In this document: in pieces, positions 27,551-44,400 of the stretch | How positions within the stretch are numbered: the stretch's first letter is position 1 | Layout: each line of letters starts with the position of its first letter | Assembly: GCF_009914755.1 (NCBI RefSeq) | Contig: NC_060925.1 | Reading direction: 5' to 3' (one strand) | DNA length: 64,000 bases | Source of the DNA: the human T2T-CHM13v2.0 reference genome, Homo sapiens | Notes under the pieces: model-generated | Databases searched by the model: none | What the model saw: only the letters and a program-made list of their open reading frames with translations | What the model was told of the DNA's origin: nothing | Translations under genes and position numbers: made by a program

Positions 27551-30500
27551 TGGAATCGTCATCGAATGAATTGACTGCAATCATCGAATGGTCTCGAATG
27601 GAATCATCTTCAAATGGAATGGAATGGAATCATCGCATAGAATCGAATGGAATTATCATCGAATGGAATCGAATGGAATCAACATCAAACGGAAAAAAAC
27701 GGAATTATCGAATGGAATCGAAGAGAATCATCGAATGGACCCGAATGGAATCATCTAATGGAATGGAATGGAATAATCCATGGACTCGAATGCAATCATC
27801 ATCGAATGGAATCGAATGGAATCATCGAATGGACTCGAATGGAATAATCATTGAACGGAAACGAATGGAATCATCATCGGATGGAAATGAATGGAATCAT
27901 CATCGAATGCAATCGAATAGAATTATGGAATGAAATCCAGTGTGATCATCATCGAATGGACCCGAATGGAATCATCATCCAACGGAAGCTAATGGAATCA
28001 ACATCGAATGAATCGAATGGAAACACCATCGAATTGAAACGAATGGAATTATCATGAAATTGAAATGGATGGACTCATCATCGAATGGATTCGAATGGAA
28101 TCATCGAATAAAATTGATTGAAATCATCATCGAATTGAATCGAATTGTATCATTGAATGGAATCGAATGGAATCATCATCAGATGGAAATGAATGGAATC
28201 GTCATAGAATGGAATCGAATGGATTCATTGAATGGAATCAGATGGAATCATCGAATGGACTGGAATGGAATCATTGAATGGACTCGAAAGGGATCATTAT
28301 TGAATGGAATTGAATGGAATCATCGAATGGTCTCGATTGGAATCATTATCAAATGGAATCGAATGGAATCACCGAATAGAATCGAATGGAACAATCATCG
28401 AATGGACTCAAATGGAATTATCCTCCAATGGAATCGAATGGAATTATCGAATGCAATCGAATGGAATTATCGAATGCAATCGAATAGAATCATCGAATGG
28501 ACTCGAATGGAATCATCGAATGGAATGGAATGGAACAGTCAATGAACTCGAATGGAATCATCATTGAATGGAATCGAATGGAATCATCGAGTGGAATCGA
28601 ATGGAATTATGATCAAATGGAATCGAATGTAATCATCATCAAATGGAATCAAAAATAACCATCATCAATTGGTATTGAATGGAATTGTCATCAAATGGAA
28701 TTCAAAGGAATCATCATCAAATGGAACCGAATGGAATCCTCATTGAATGGAAATGAAAGGGGTCATCATCTAATGGAATCGCATGGAATCATCATCAAAT
28801 GGAATCGAATGGAATCATCATCAAATGGAATCTAATGGAATCATTGAACAGAATTGAATGGAATCGTCATCGAATGAATTGAATGCAATCATCGAATGGT
28901 CTCGAATGGAATCATCTTCTAATGGAAAGGAATGGAATCATCGCATAGAATCGAATGGAATTATCATCGAATGGAATCGAATGGTATCAACACCAAACGG
29001 AAAAAAACGGAATTATCGAATGGAATCGAAGAGAATCTTCGAACGGACCCGAATGGAATCATCTAATGGAATGGAATGGAATAATCCATGGACTCGAATG
29101 CAATCATCATCGAATGGAATCGAATGGAATCATCGAATGGACTCGAATGGAATAATCATTGAACGGAATCGAATGGAATCATCATCGGATGGAAACGAAT
29201 GGAATCATCATCGAATGGAAATGAAAGGAGTCATCATCTAATGGAATTGCATGGAATCATCATAAAATGGAATCGAATGGAATCAACATCAAATGGAATC
29301 AAATGGAATCATTGAACGGAATTGAATGGAATCGTCATCGAATGAATTGAATGCAATCATCGAATGGTCTCGAATGGAATCATCTTCAAATGGAATGGAA
29401 TGGAATCATCGCATAGAATCGAATGGAATTATCATCGAATGGAATCGAATGGAATCAACATCAAACGGAAAAAAACGGAATTATCGAATGGAATCGAAGA
29501 GAATCATCGAATGGACCCGAATGGAATCATCTAATGGAATGGAATGGAATAATCCATGGACTCGAATGCAATCATCATCCAATGGAATCGAATGGAATCA
29601 TCGAATGGACTCGAATGGAATAATCATTGAACGGAATCGAATGGAATCATCATCGGATGGAAATGAATGGAATCATCATCGAATGGAATCGAATAGAATT
29701 ATGGAATGAAATCCAGTGTGATCATCATCGAATGGACCCGAATGGAATCATCATCCAACGGAAGCTAATGGAATCAACATCGAATGAATCGAATGGAAAC
29801 ACCATCGAATTGAAACGAATGGAATTATCATGAAATTGAAATGGATGGACTCATCATCGAATGGATTCGAATGGAATCATCGAATAAAATTGATTGAAAT
29901 CATCATCGAATGGAATCGAATGGTATCATTGAATGGAATCGAATGGAATCATCATCAGATGGAAATGAATGGAATCGTCATAGAATGGAATCGAATGGAT
30001 TCATTGAATGGAATCAGATGGAATCATCGAATGGACTGGAATGGAATCATTGAATGGACTCGAAAGGGATCATTATTGAATGGAATTGAATGGAATCATC
30101 GAATGGTCTCGATTGGAATCATTATCAAATGGAATCGAATGGAATCACCGAATAGAATCGAATGGAACAATCATCGAATGGACTCAAATGGAATTATCCT
30201 CCAATGGAATCGAATGGAATTATCGAATGCAATCGAATGGAATTATCGAATGCAATCGAATAGAATCATCGAATGGACTCGAATGGAATCATCGAATGGA
30301 ATGGAATGGAACAGTCAATGAACTCGAATGGAATCATCATTGAATGGAATCGAATGGAATCATCGAGTGGAATCGAATGGAATTATGATCAAATGGAATC
30401 GAATGTAATCATCATCAAATGGAATCAAAAATAACCATCATCAATTGGTATTGAATGGAATTGTCATCAAATGGAATTCAAAGGAATCATCATCAAATGG

Positions 30501-32409
30501 AACCGAATGGAATCCTCATTGAATGGAAATGAAAGGGGTCATCATCTAATGGAATCGCATGGAATCATCATCAAATGGAATCGAATGGAATCATCATCAA
30601 ATGGAATCTAATGGAATCATTGAACAGAATTGAATGGAATCGTCATCGAATGAATTGAATGCAATCATCGAATGGTCTCGAATGGAATCATCTTCTAATG
30701 GAAAGGAATGGAATCATCGCATAGAATCGAATGGAATTATCATCGAATGGAATCGAATGGTATCAACACCAAACGGAAAAAAACGGAATTATCGAATGGA
30801 ATCGAAGAGAATCTTCGAACGGACCCGAATGGAATCATCTAATGGAATGGAATGGAATAATCCATGAACTCGAATGCAATCATCATCGAATGGAATCGAA
30901 TGGAATCATCGAATGGACTCGAATGGAATAATCATTGAACGGAATCGAATGGAATCATCATCGGATGGAAACGAATGGAATCATCATCGAATGGAAATGA
31001 AAGGAGTCATCATCTAATGGAATTGCATGGAATCATCATAAAATGGAATCGAATGGAATCAACATCAAATGGAATCAAATGGAATCATTGAACGGAATTG
31101 AATGGAATCGTCATCGAATGAATTGAATGCAATCATCGAATGGTCTCGAATGGAATCATCTTCAAATGGAATGGAATGGAATCATCGCATAGAATCGAAT
31201 GGAATTATCATCGAATGGAATCGAATGGAATCAACATCAAACGGAAAAAAACGGAATTATCGAATGGAATCGAAGAGAATCATCGAATGGACCCGAATGG
31301 AATCATCTAATGGAATGGAATGGAATAATCCATGGACTCGAATGCAATCATCATCCAATGGAATCGAATGGAATCATCGAATGGACTCGAATGGAATAAT
31401 CATTGAACGGAATCGAATGGAATCATCATCGGATGGAAATGAATGGAATCATCATCGAATGGAATCGAATAGAATTATGGAATGAAATCCAGTGTGATCA
31501 TCATCGAATGGACCCGAATGGAATCATCATCCAACGGAAGCTAATGGAATCAACATCGAATGAATCGAATGGAAACACCATCGAATTGAAACGAATGGAA
31601 TTATCATGAAATTGAAATGGATGGACTCATCATCGAATGGATTCGAATGGAATCATCGAATAAAATTGATTGAAATCATCATCGAATGGAATCGAATGGT
31701 ATCATTGAATGGAATCGAATGGAATCATCATCAGATGGAAATGAATGGAATCGTCATAGAATGGAATCGAATGGATTCATTGAATGGAATCAGATGGAAT
31801 CATCGAATGGACTGGAATGGAATCATTGAATGGACTCGAAAGGGATCATGATTGAATGGAATTGAATGGAATCATCGAATGGTCTCGATTGGAATCATTA
31901 TCAAATGGAATCGAATGGAATCACCGAATAGAATCGAATGGAACAATCATCGAATGGACTCAAATGGAATTATCCTCCAATGGAATCGAATGGAATTATC
32001 GAATGCAATCGAATGGAATTATCGAATGCAATCGAATAGAATCATCGAATGGACTCGAATGGAATCATCAAATGGAATGGAATGGAACAGTCAATGAACT
32101 CCAATGGAATCATCATTGAATGGAATCGAATGGAATCATCGAGTGGAATCGAATGGAATTATGATCAAATGGAATCGAATGTAATCATCATCAAATGGAA
32201 TCAAAAATAACCATCATCAATTGGTATTGAATGGAATTGTCATCAAATGGAATTCAAAGGAATCATCATCAAATGGAACCGAATGGAATCCTCATTGAAT
32301 GGAAATGAAAGGGGTCATCATCTAATGGAATCGCATGGAATCATCATCAAATGGAATCGAATGGAATCATCATCAAATGGAATCTAATGGAATCATTGAA
32401 CAGAATTGA

Positions 32410-35400
32410 ATGGAATCGTCATCGAATGAATTGAATGCAATCATCGAATGGTCTCTAATGGAATCATCTTCTAATGGAAAGGAATGGAATCATCGCATAG
32501 AATCGAATGGAATTATCATCGAATGGAATCGAATGGTATCAACACCAAACGGAAAAAAAACGGAATTATCGAATGGAATCGAAGAGAATCTTCGAACGGA
32601 CCCGAATGGAATCATCTAATGGAATGGAATGGAATAATCCATGAACTCGAATGCAATCATCATCGAATGGAATCGAATGGAATCATCGAATGGACTCGAA
32701 TGGAATAATCATTGAACGGAATCGAATGGAATCATCATCGGATGGAAACGAATGGAATCATCATCGAATGGAAATGAAAGGAGTCATCATCTAATGGAAT
32801 TGCATGGAATCATCATAAAATGGAATCGAATGGAATCAACATCAAATGGAATCAAATGGAATCATTGAACGGAATTGAATGGAATCGTCATCGAATGAAT
32901 TGAATGCAATCATCGAATGGTCTCGAATGGAATCATCTTCAAATGGAATGGAATGGAATCATCGCATAGAATCGAATGGAATTATCATCGAATGGAATCG
33001 AATGGAATCAACATCAAACGGAAAAAAACGGAATTATCGAATGGAATCGAAGAGAATCATCGAATGGACCCGAATGGAATCATCTAATGGAATGGAATGG
33101 AATAATCCATGGACTCGAATGCAATCATCATCCAATGGAATCGAATGGAATCATCGAATGGACTCGAATGGAATAATCATTGAACGGAATCGAATGGAAT
33201 CATCATCGGATGGAAATGAATGGAATCATCATCGAATGGAATCGAATAGAATTATGGAATGAAATCCAGTGTGATCATCATCGAATGGACCCGAATGGAA
33301 TCATCATCCAACGGAAGCTAATGGAATCAACATCGAATGAATCGAATGGAAACACCATCGAATTGAAACGAATGGAATTATCATGAAATTGAAATGGATG
33401 GACTCATCATCGAATGGATTCGAATGGAATCATCGAATAAAATTGATTGAAATCATCATCCAATGGAATCGAATGGTATCATTGAATGGAATCGAATGGA
33501 ATCATCATCAGATGGAAATGAATGGAATCGTCATAGAATGGAATCGAATGGATTCATTGAATGGAATCAGATGGAATCATCGAATGGACTGGAATGGAAT
33601 CATTGAATGGACTCGAAAGGGATCATTATTGAATGGAATTGAATGGAATCATCGAATGGTCTCGATTGGAATCATTATCAAATGGAATCGAATGGAATCA
33701 CCGAATAGAATCGAATGGAACAATCATCGAATGGACTCAAATGGAATTATCCTCCAATGGAATCGAATGGAATTATCGAATGCAATCGAATGGAATTATC
33801 GAATGCAATCGAATAGAATCATCGAATGGACTCGAATGGAATCATCAAATGGAATGGAATGGAACAGTCAATGAACTCGAATGGAATCATCATTGAATGG
33901 AATCGAATGGAATCATCGAGTGGAATCGAATGGAATTATGATCAAATGGAATCGAATGTAATCATCATCAAATGGAATCAAAAATAACCATCATCAATTG
34001 GTATTGAAAGGAATTGTCATCAAATGGAATTCAAAGGAATCATCATCAAATGGAACCGAATGGAATCCTCATTGAATGGAAATGAAAGGGGTCATCATCT
34101 AATGGAATTGCATGGAATCATCATCAAATGGAATCGAATGGAATCATCATCAAATGGAATCTAATGGAATCATTGAACAGAATTGAATGGAATCGTCATC
34201 GAATGAATTGAATGCAATCATCGAATGGTCTCGAATGGAATCATCTTCTAATGGAAAGGAATGGAATCATCGCATAGAATCGAATGGAATTATCATCGAA
34301 TGGAATCGAATGGTATCAACACCAAACGGAAAAAAACGGAATTATCGAATGGAATCGAAGAGAATCTTCGAACGGACCCGAATGGAATCATCTAATGGAA
34401 TGGAATGGAATAATCCATGGACTCGAATGCAATCATCATCGAATGGAATCGAATGGAATCATCGAATGGACTCGAATGGAATAATCATTGAACGGAATCG
34501 AATGGAATCATCATCGGATGGAAACGAATGGAATCATCATCGAATGGAAATGAAAGGAGTCATCACCTAATGGAATTGCATGGAATCATCATAAAATGGA
34601 ATCGAATGGAATCAACATCAAATGGAATCAAATGGAATCATTGAACGGAATTGAATGGAATCGTCATCGAATGAATTGAATGCAATCATCGAATGGTCTC
34701 GAATGGAATCATCTTCAAATGGAATGGAATGGAATCATCGCATAGAATCGAATGGAATTATCATCGAATGGAATCGAATGGAATCAACATCAAACGGAAA
34801 AAAACGGAATTATCGAATGGAATCGAAGAGAATCATCGAATGGACCCGAATGGAATCATCTAATGGAATGGAATGGAATAATCCATGGACTCGAATGCAA
34901 TCATCATCGAATGGAATCGAATGGAATCATCGAATGGACTCGAATGGAATAATCATTGAACGGAATCGAATGGAATCATCATCGGATGGAAATGAATGGA
35001 ATCATCATCGAATGGAATCGAATAGAATTATGGAATGAAATCCAGTGTGATCATCATCGAATGGACCCGAATGGAATCATCATCCAACGGAAGCTAATGG
35101 AATCAACATCGAATGAATCAAATGGAAACACCACCGAATTGAAACGAATGGAATTACCATGAAATTGAAATGGATGGACTCATCATCGAATGGATTCGAA
35201 TGGAATCATCGAATAAAATTGATTGAAATCATCATCGAATGGAATCGAATGGTATCATTGAATGGAATCGAATGGAATCATCATCAGATGGAAATGAATG
35301 GAATCGTCATAGAATGGAATCGAATGGATTCATTGAATGGAATCAGATGGAATCATCGAATGGACTGGAATGGAATCATTGAATGGACTCGAAAGGGATC

Positions 35401-38400
35401 ATGATTGAATGGAATTGAATGGAATCATCGAATGGTCTCGATTGGAATCATTATCAAATGGAATCGAATGGAATCACCGAATAGAATCGAATGGAACAAT
35501 CATCGAATGGACTCAAATGGAATTATCCTCCAATGGAATCGAATGGAATTATCAAATGCAATCGAATGGAATTATCGAATGCAATCGAATAGAATCATCG
35601 AATGGACTCGAATGGAATCATCGAATGGAATGGAATGGAACAGTCAATGAACTCGAATGGAATCATCATTGAATGGAATCGAATGGAATCATCGAGTGGA
35701 ATCGAATGGAATTATGATCAAATGGAATCGAATGTTATCATCATCAAATGGAATCAAAAATAAACATCATCAATTGGTATTGAATGGAATTGTCATCAAA
35801 TGGAATTCAAAGGAATCATCATCAAATGGAACCGAATGGAATCCTCATTGAATGGAAATGAAAGGGGTCATCATCTAATGGAATCGCATGGAATCATCAT
35901 CAAATGGAATCGAATGGAATCATCATCAAATGGAATCTAATGGAATCATTGAACAGAATTGAATGGAATCGTCATCGAATGAATTGAATGCAATCATCGA
36001 ATGGTCTCGAATGGAATCATCTTCTAATGGAAAGGAATGGAATCATCGCATAGAATCGAATGGAATTATCATCGAATGGAATCGAATGGTATCAACACCA
36101 AACGAAAAAAAAACGGAATTATCGAATGGAATCGAAGAGAATCTTCGAACGGACCCGAATGGAATCATCTAATGGAATGGAATGGAATAATCCATGAACT
36201 CGAATGCAATCATCATCGAATGGAATCGAATGGAATCATCGAATGGACTCGAATGGAATAATCATTGAACGGAATCGAATGGAATCATCATCGGATGGAA
36301 ACGAATGGAATCATCATCGAATGGAAATGAAAGGAGTCATCATCTAATGGAATTGCATGGAATCATCATAAAATGGAATCGAATGGAATCATCATCAAAT
36401 GGAATCAAATGGAATCATTGAACGGAATTGAATGGAATCGTCATCGAATGAATTGACTGCAATCATCCAATGGTCTCGAATGGAATCATCTTCAAATGGA
36501 ATGGAATGGAATCATCGCATAGAATCGAATGGAATTATCATCGAATGGAATCGAATGGAATCAACATCAAACGGAAAAAAACGGAATTATCGAATGGAAT
36601 CGAAGAGAATCATCGAATGGACCCGAATGGAATCATCTAATGGAATGGAATGGAATAATCCATGGACTCGAATGCAATCATCATCGAATGGAATCGAATG
36701 GAATCATCGAATGGACTCGAATGGAATAATCATTGAACGGAATCGAATGGAATCATCATCGGATGGATATGAATGGAATCATCATCGAATGGAATCGAAT
36801 AGAATTATGGAATGAAATCCAGTGTGATCATCATCGAATGGACCCGAATGGAATCATCATCCAACGGAAGCTAATGGAATCAACATCGAATGAATCAAAT
36901 GGAAACACCATCGAATTGAAACGAATGGAATTATCATGAAATTGAAATGGATGGACTCATCATCGAATGGATTCGAATGGAATCATCGAATAAAATTGAT
37001 TGAAATCATCATCCAATGGAATCGAATGGTATCAGTGAATGGAATCGAATGGAATCATCATCACATGGAAATGAATGGAATCGTCATAGAATGGAATCGA
37101 ATGGATTCATTGAATGGAATCAGATGGAATCATCGAATGGACTGGAATGGAATCATTGAATGGACTCGAAAGGGATCATTATTGAATGGAATTGAATGGA
37201 ATCATCGAATGGTCTCGATTGGAATCATTATCAAATGGAATCGAATGGAATCACCGAATAGAATCGAATGGAACAATCATCGAATGGACTCAAATGGAAT
37301 TATCCTCCAATGGAATCGAATGGAATTATCGAATGCAATCGAATGGAATTATCGAATGCAATCGAATAGAATCATCGAATGGACTCGAATGGAATCATCG
37401 AATGGAATGGAATGGAACAGTCAATGAACTCGAATGGAATCATCATTGAATGGAATCGAATGGAATCATCGAGTGGAATCGAATGGAATTATGATCAAAT
37501 GGAATCGAATGTAATCATCATCAAATGGAATCAAAAATAACCATCATCAATTGGTATTGAATGGAATTGTCATCAAATGGAATTCAAAGGAATCATCATC
37601 AAATGGAACCGAATGGAATCCTCATTGAATGGAAATGAAAGGGGTCATCATCTAATGGAATCGCATGGAATCATCATCAAATGGAATCGAATGGAATCAT
37701 CATCAAATGGAATCTAATGGAATCATTGAACAGAATTGAATGGAATCGTCATCGAATGAATTGAATGCAATCATCGAATGGTCTCGAATGGAATCATCTT
37801 CTAATGGAAAGGAATGGAATCATCGCATAGAATCGAATGGAATTATCATCGAATGGAATCGAATGGTATCAACACCAAACGGAAAAAAACGGAATTATCG
37901 AATGGAATCGAAGAGAATCTTCGAACGGACCCGAATGGAATCATCTAATGGAATGGAATGGAATAATCCATGGACTCGAATGCAATCATCATCGAATGGA
38001 ATCGAATGGAATCATCGAATGGACTCGAATGGAATAATCATTGAACGGAATCGAATGGAATCATCATCGGATGGAAACGAATGGAATCATCATCGAATGG
38101 AAATGAAAGGAGTCATCATCTAATGGAATTGCATGGAATCATCATAAAATGGAATCGAATGGAATCAACATCAAATGGAATCAAATGGAATCATTGAACG
38201 GAATTGAATGGAATCGTCATCGAATGAATTGAATGCAATCATCGAATGGTCTCGAATGGAATCATCTTCAAATGGAATGGAATGGAATCATCGCATAGAA
38301 TCGAATGGAATTATCATCGAATGGAATCGAATGGAATCAACATCAAACGGAAAAAAACGGAATTATCGAATGGAATCGAAGAGAATCATCGAATGGACCC

Positions 38401-41400
38401 GAATGGAATCATCTAATGGAATGGAATGGAATAATCCATGGACTCGAATGCAATCATCATCCAATGGAATCGAATGGAATCATCGAATGGACTCGAATGG
38501 AATAATCATTGAATGGAATCGAATGGAATCATCATCGGATGGAAATGAATGGAATCATCATCGAATGGAATCGAATAGAATTATGGAATGAAATCCAGTG
38601 TGATCATCATCGAATGGACCCGAATGGAATCATCATCCAACGGAAGCTAATGGAATCAACATCGAATGAATCGAATGGAAACACCATCGAATTGAAACGA
38701 ATGGAATTATCATGAAATTGAAATGGATGGACTCATCATCGAATGGATTCGAATGGAATCATCGAATAAAATTGATTGAAATCATCATCCAATGGAATCG
38801 AATGGTATCATTGAATGGAATCGAATGGAATCATCATCAGATGGAAATGAATGGAATCGTCATAGAATGGAATCGAATGGATTCATTGAATGGAATCAGA
38901 TGGAATCATCGAATGGACTGGAATGGAATCATTGAATGGACTCGAAAGGGATCATGATTGAATGGAATTGAATGGAATCATCGAATGGTCTCGATTGGAA
39001 TCATTATCAAATGGAATCGAATGGAATCACCGAATAGAATCGAATGGAACAATCATCGAATGGACTCAAATGGAATTATCCTCCAATGGAATCGAATGGA
39101 ATTATCGAATGCAATCGAATGGAATTATCGAATGCAATCGAATAGAATCATCGAATGGACTCGAATGGAATCATCAAATGGAATGGAATGGAACAGTCAA
39201 TGAACTCGAATGGAATCATCATTGAATGGAATCGAATGGAATCATCGAGTGGAATCGAATGGAATTATGATCAAATGGAATCGAATGTAATCATCATCAA
39301 ATGGAATCAAAAATAACCATCATCAATTGGTATTGAATGGAATTGTCATCAAATGGAATTCAAAGGAATCATCATCAAATGGAACCGAATGGAATCCTCA
39401 TTGAATGGAAATGAAAGGGGTCATCATCTCATGGAATCGCATGGAATCATCATCAAATGGAATCGAATGGAATCATCATCAAATGGAATCTAATGGAATC
39501 ATTGAACAGAATTGAATGGAATCGTCATCGAATGAATTGAATGCAATCATCGAATGGTCTCGAATGGAATCATCTTCTAATGGAAAGGAATGGAATCATC
39601 GCATAGAATCGAATGGAATTATCATCGAATGGAATCGAATGGTATCAACACCAAACGGAAAAAAAACGGAATTATCGAATGGAATCGAAGAGAATCTTCG
39701 AACGGACCCGAATGGAATCATCTAATGGAATGGAATGGAATAATCCATGAACTCGAATGCAATCATCATCGAATGGAATCGAATGGAATCATCGAATGGA
39801 CTCGAATGGAATAATCATTGAACGGAATCGAATGGAATCATCATCGGATGGAAACGAATGGAATCATCATCGAATGGAAATGAAAGGAGTCATCATCTAA
39901 TGGAATTGCATGGAATCATCATAAAATGGAATCGAATGGAATCAACATCAAATGGAATCAAATGGAATCATTGAACGGAATTGAATGGAATCGTCATCGA
40001 ATGAATTGAATGCAATCATCGAATGGTCTCGAATGGAATCATCTTCAAATGGAATGGAATGGAATCATCGCATAGAATCGAATGGAATTATCATCGAATG
40101 GAATCGAATGGAATCAACATCAAACGGAAAAAAACGGAATTATCGAATGGAATCGAAGAGAATCATCGAATGGACCCGAATGGAATCATCTAATGGAATG
40201 GAATGGAATAATCCATGGACTCGAATGCAATCATCATCCAATGGAATCGAATGGAATCATCGAATGGACTCGAATGGAATAATCATTGAACGGAATCGAA
40301 TGGAATCATCATCGGATGGAAATGAATGGAATCATCATCGAATGGAATCGAATAGAATTATGGAATGAAATCCAGTGTGATCATCATCGAATGGACCCGA
40401 ATGGAATCATCATCCAACGGAAGCTAATGGAATCAACATCGAATGAATCGAATGGAAACACCATCGAATTGAAACGAATGGAATTATCATGAAATTGAAA
40501 TGGATGGACTCATCATCGAATGGATTCGAATGGAATCATCGAATAAAATTGATTGAAATCATCATCCAATGGAATCGAATGGTATCGTTGAATGGAATCG
40601 AATGGAATCATCATCAGATGGAAATGAATGGAATCGTCATAGAATGGAATCGAATGGATTCATTGAATGGAATCAGATGGAATCATCGAATGGACTGGAA
40701 TGGAATCATTGAATGGACTCGAAAGGGATCATTATTGAATGGAATTGAATGGAATCATCGAATGGTCTCGATTGGAATCATTATCAAATGGAATCGAATG
40801 GAATCACCGAATAGAATCGAATGGAACAATCATCGAATGGACTCAAATGGAATTATCCTCCAATGGAATCGAATGGAATTATCGAATGCAATCGAATGGA
40901 ATTATCGAATGCAATCGAATAGAATCATCGAATGGACTCGAATGGAATCATCAAATGGAATGGAATGGAACAGTCAATGAACTCGAATGGAATCATCATT
41001 GAATGGAATCGAATGGAATCATCGAGTGGAATCGAATGGAATTATGATCAAATGGAATCGAATGTAATCATCATCAAATGGAATCAAAAATAACCATCAT
41101 CAATTGGTATTGAAAGGAATTGTCATCAAATGGAATTCAAAGGAATCATCATCAAATGGAACCGAATGGAATCCTCATTGAATGGAAATGAAAGGGGTCA
41201 TCATCTAATGGAATCGCATGGAATCATCATCAAATGGAATCGAATGGAATCATCATCAAATGGAATCTAATGGAATCATTGAACAGAATTGAATGGAATC
41301 GTCATCGAATGAATTGAATGCAATCATCGAATGGTCTCGAATGGAATCATCTTCTAATGGAAAGGAATGGAATCATCGCATAGAATCGAATGGAATTATC

Positions 41401-44400
41401 ATCGAATGGAATCGAATGGTATCAACACCAAACGGAAAAAAACGGAATTATCGAATGGAATCGAAGAGAATCTTCGAACGGACCCGAATGGAATCATCTA
41501 ATGGAATGGAATGGAATAATCCATGGACTCGAATGCAATCATCATCGAATGGAATCGAATGGAATCATCGAATGGACTCGAATGGAATAATCATTGAACG
41601 GAATCGAATGGAATCATCATCGGATGGAAACGAATGGAATCATCATCGAATGGAAATGAAAGGAGTCATCACCTAATGGAATTGCATGGAATCATCATAA
41701 AATGGAATCGAATGGAATCAACATCAAATGGAATCAAATGGAATCATTGAACGGAATTGAATGGAATCGTCATCGAATGAATTGAATGCAATCATCGAAT
41801 GGTCTCGAATGGAATCATCTTCAAATGGAATGGAATGGAATCATCGCATAGAATCGAATGGAATTATCATCGAATGGAATCGAATGGAATCAACATCAAA
41901 CGGAAAAAAACGGAATTATCGAATGGAATCGAAGAGAATCATCGAATGGACCCGAATGGAATCATCTAATGGAATGGAATGGAATAATCCATGGACTCGA
42001 ATGCAATCATCATCGAATGGAATCGAATGGAATCATCGAATGGACTCGAATGGAATAATCATTGAACGGAATCGAATGGAATCATCATCGGATGGAAATG
42101 AATGGAATCATCATCGAATGGAATCGAATAGAATTATGGAATGAAATCCAGTGTGATCATCATCGAATGGACCCGAATGGAATCATCATCCAACGGAAGC
42201 TAATGGAATCAACATCGAATGAATCAAATGGAAACACCACCGAATTGAAACGAATGGAATTACCATGAAATTGAAATGGATGGACTCATCATCGAATGGA
42301 TTCGAATGGAATCATCGAATAAAATTGATTGAAATCATCATCGAATGGAATCGAATGGTATCATTGAATGGAATCGAATGGAATCATCATCAGATGGAAA
42401 TGAATGGAATCGTCATAGAATGGAATCGAATGGATTCATTGAATGGAATCAGATGGAATCATCGAATGGACTGGAATGGAATCATTGAATGGACTCGAAA
42501 GGGATCATGATTGAATGGAATTGAATGGAATCATCGAATGGTCTCGATTGGAATCATTATCAAATGGAATCGAATGGAATCACCGAATAGAATCGAATGG
42601 AACAATCATCGAATGGACTCAAATGGAATTATCCTCCAATGGAATCGAATGGAATTATCAAATGCAATCGAATGGAATTATCGAATGCAATCGAATAGAA
42701 TCATCGAATGGACTCGAATGGAATCATCGAATGGAATGGAATGGAACAGTCAATGAACTCGAATGGAATCATCATTGAATGGAATCGAATGGAATCATCG
42801 AGTGGAATCGAATGGAATTATGATCAAATGGAATCGAATGTTATCATCATCAAATGGAATCAAAAATAAACATCATCAATTGGTATTGAATGGAATTGTC
42901 ATCAAATGGAATTCAAAGGAATCATCATCAAATGGAACCGAATGGAATCCTCATTGAATGGAAATGAAAGGGGTCATCATCTAATGGAATCGCATGGAAT
43001 CATCATCAAATGGAATCGAATGGAATCATCATCAAATGGAATCTAATGGAATCATTGAACAGAATTGAATGGAATCGTCATCGAATGAATTGAATGCAAT
43101 CATCGAATGGTCTCGAATGGAATCATCTTCTAATGGAAAGGAATGGAATCATCGCATAGAATCGAATGGAATTATCATCGAATGGAATCGAATGGTATCA
43201 ACACCAAACGGAAAAAAAACGGAATTATCGAATGGAATCGAAGAGAATCTTCGAACGGACCCGAATGGAATCATCTAATGGAATGGAATGGAATAATCCA
43301 TGAACTCGAATGCAATCATCATCGAATGGAATCGAATGGAATCATCGAATGGACTCGAATGGAATAATCATTGAACGGAATCGAATGGAATCATCATCGG
43401 ATGGAAACGAATGGAATCATCATCGAATGGAAATGAAAGGAGTCATCATCTAATGGAATTGCATGGAATCATCATAAAATGGAATCGAATGGAATCAACA
43501 TCAAATGGAATCAAATGGAATCATTGAACGGAATTGAATGGAATCGTCATCGAATGAATTGACTGCAATCATCCAATGGTCTCGAATGGAATCATCTTCA
43601 AATGGAATGGAATGGAATCATCGCATAGAATCGAATGGAATTATCATCGAATGGAATCGAATGGAATCAACATCAAACGGAAAAAAACGGAATTATCGAA
43701 TGGAATCGAAGAGAATCATCGAATGGACCCGAATGGAATCATCTAATGGAATGGAATGGAATAATCCATGGACTCGAATGCAATCATCATCGAATGGAAT
43801 CGAATGGAATCATCGAATGGACTCGAATGGAATAATCATTGAACGGAATCGAATGGAATCATCATCGGATGGATATGAATGGAATCATCATCGAATGGAA
43901 TCGAATAGAATTATGGAATGAAATCCAGTGTGATCATCATCGAATGGACCCGAATGGAATCATCATCCAACGGAAGCTAATGGAATCAACATCGAATGAA
44001 TCAAATGGAAACACCATCGAATTGAAACGAATGGAATTATCATGAAATTGAAATGGATGGACTCATCATCGAATGGATTCGAATGGAATCATCGAATAAA
44101 ATTGATTGAAATCATCATCCAATGGAATCGAATGGTATCAGTGAATGGAATCGAATGGAATCATCATCACATGGAAATGAATGGAATCGTCATAGAATGG
44201 AATCGAATGGATTCATTGAATGGAATCAGATGGAATCATCGAATGGACTGGAATGGAATCATTGAATGGACTCGAAAGGGATCATTATTGAATGGAATTG
44301 AATGGAATCATCGAATGGTCTCGATTGGAATCATTATCAAATGGAATCGAATGGAATCACCGAATAGAATCGAATGGAACAATCATCGAATGGACTCAAA

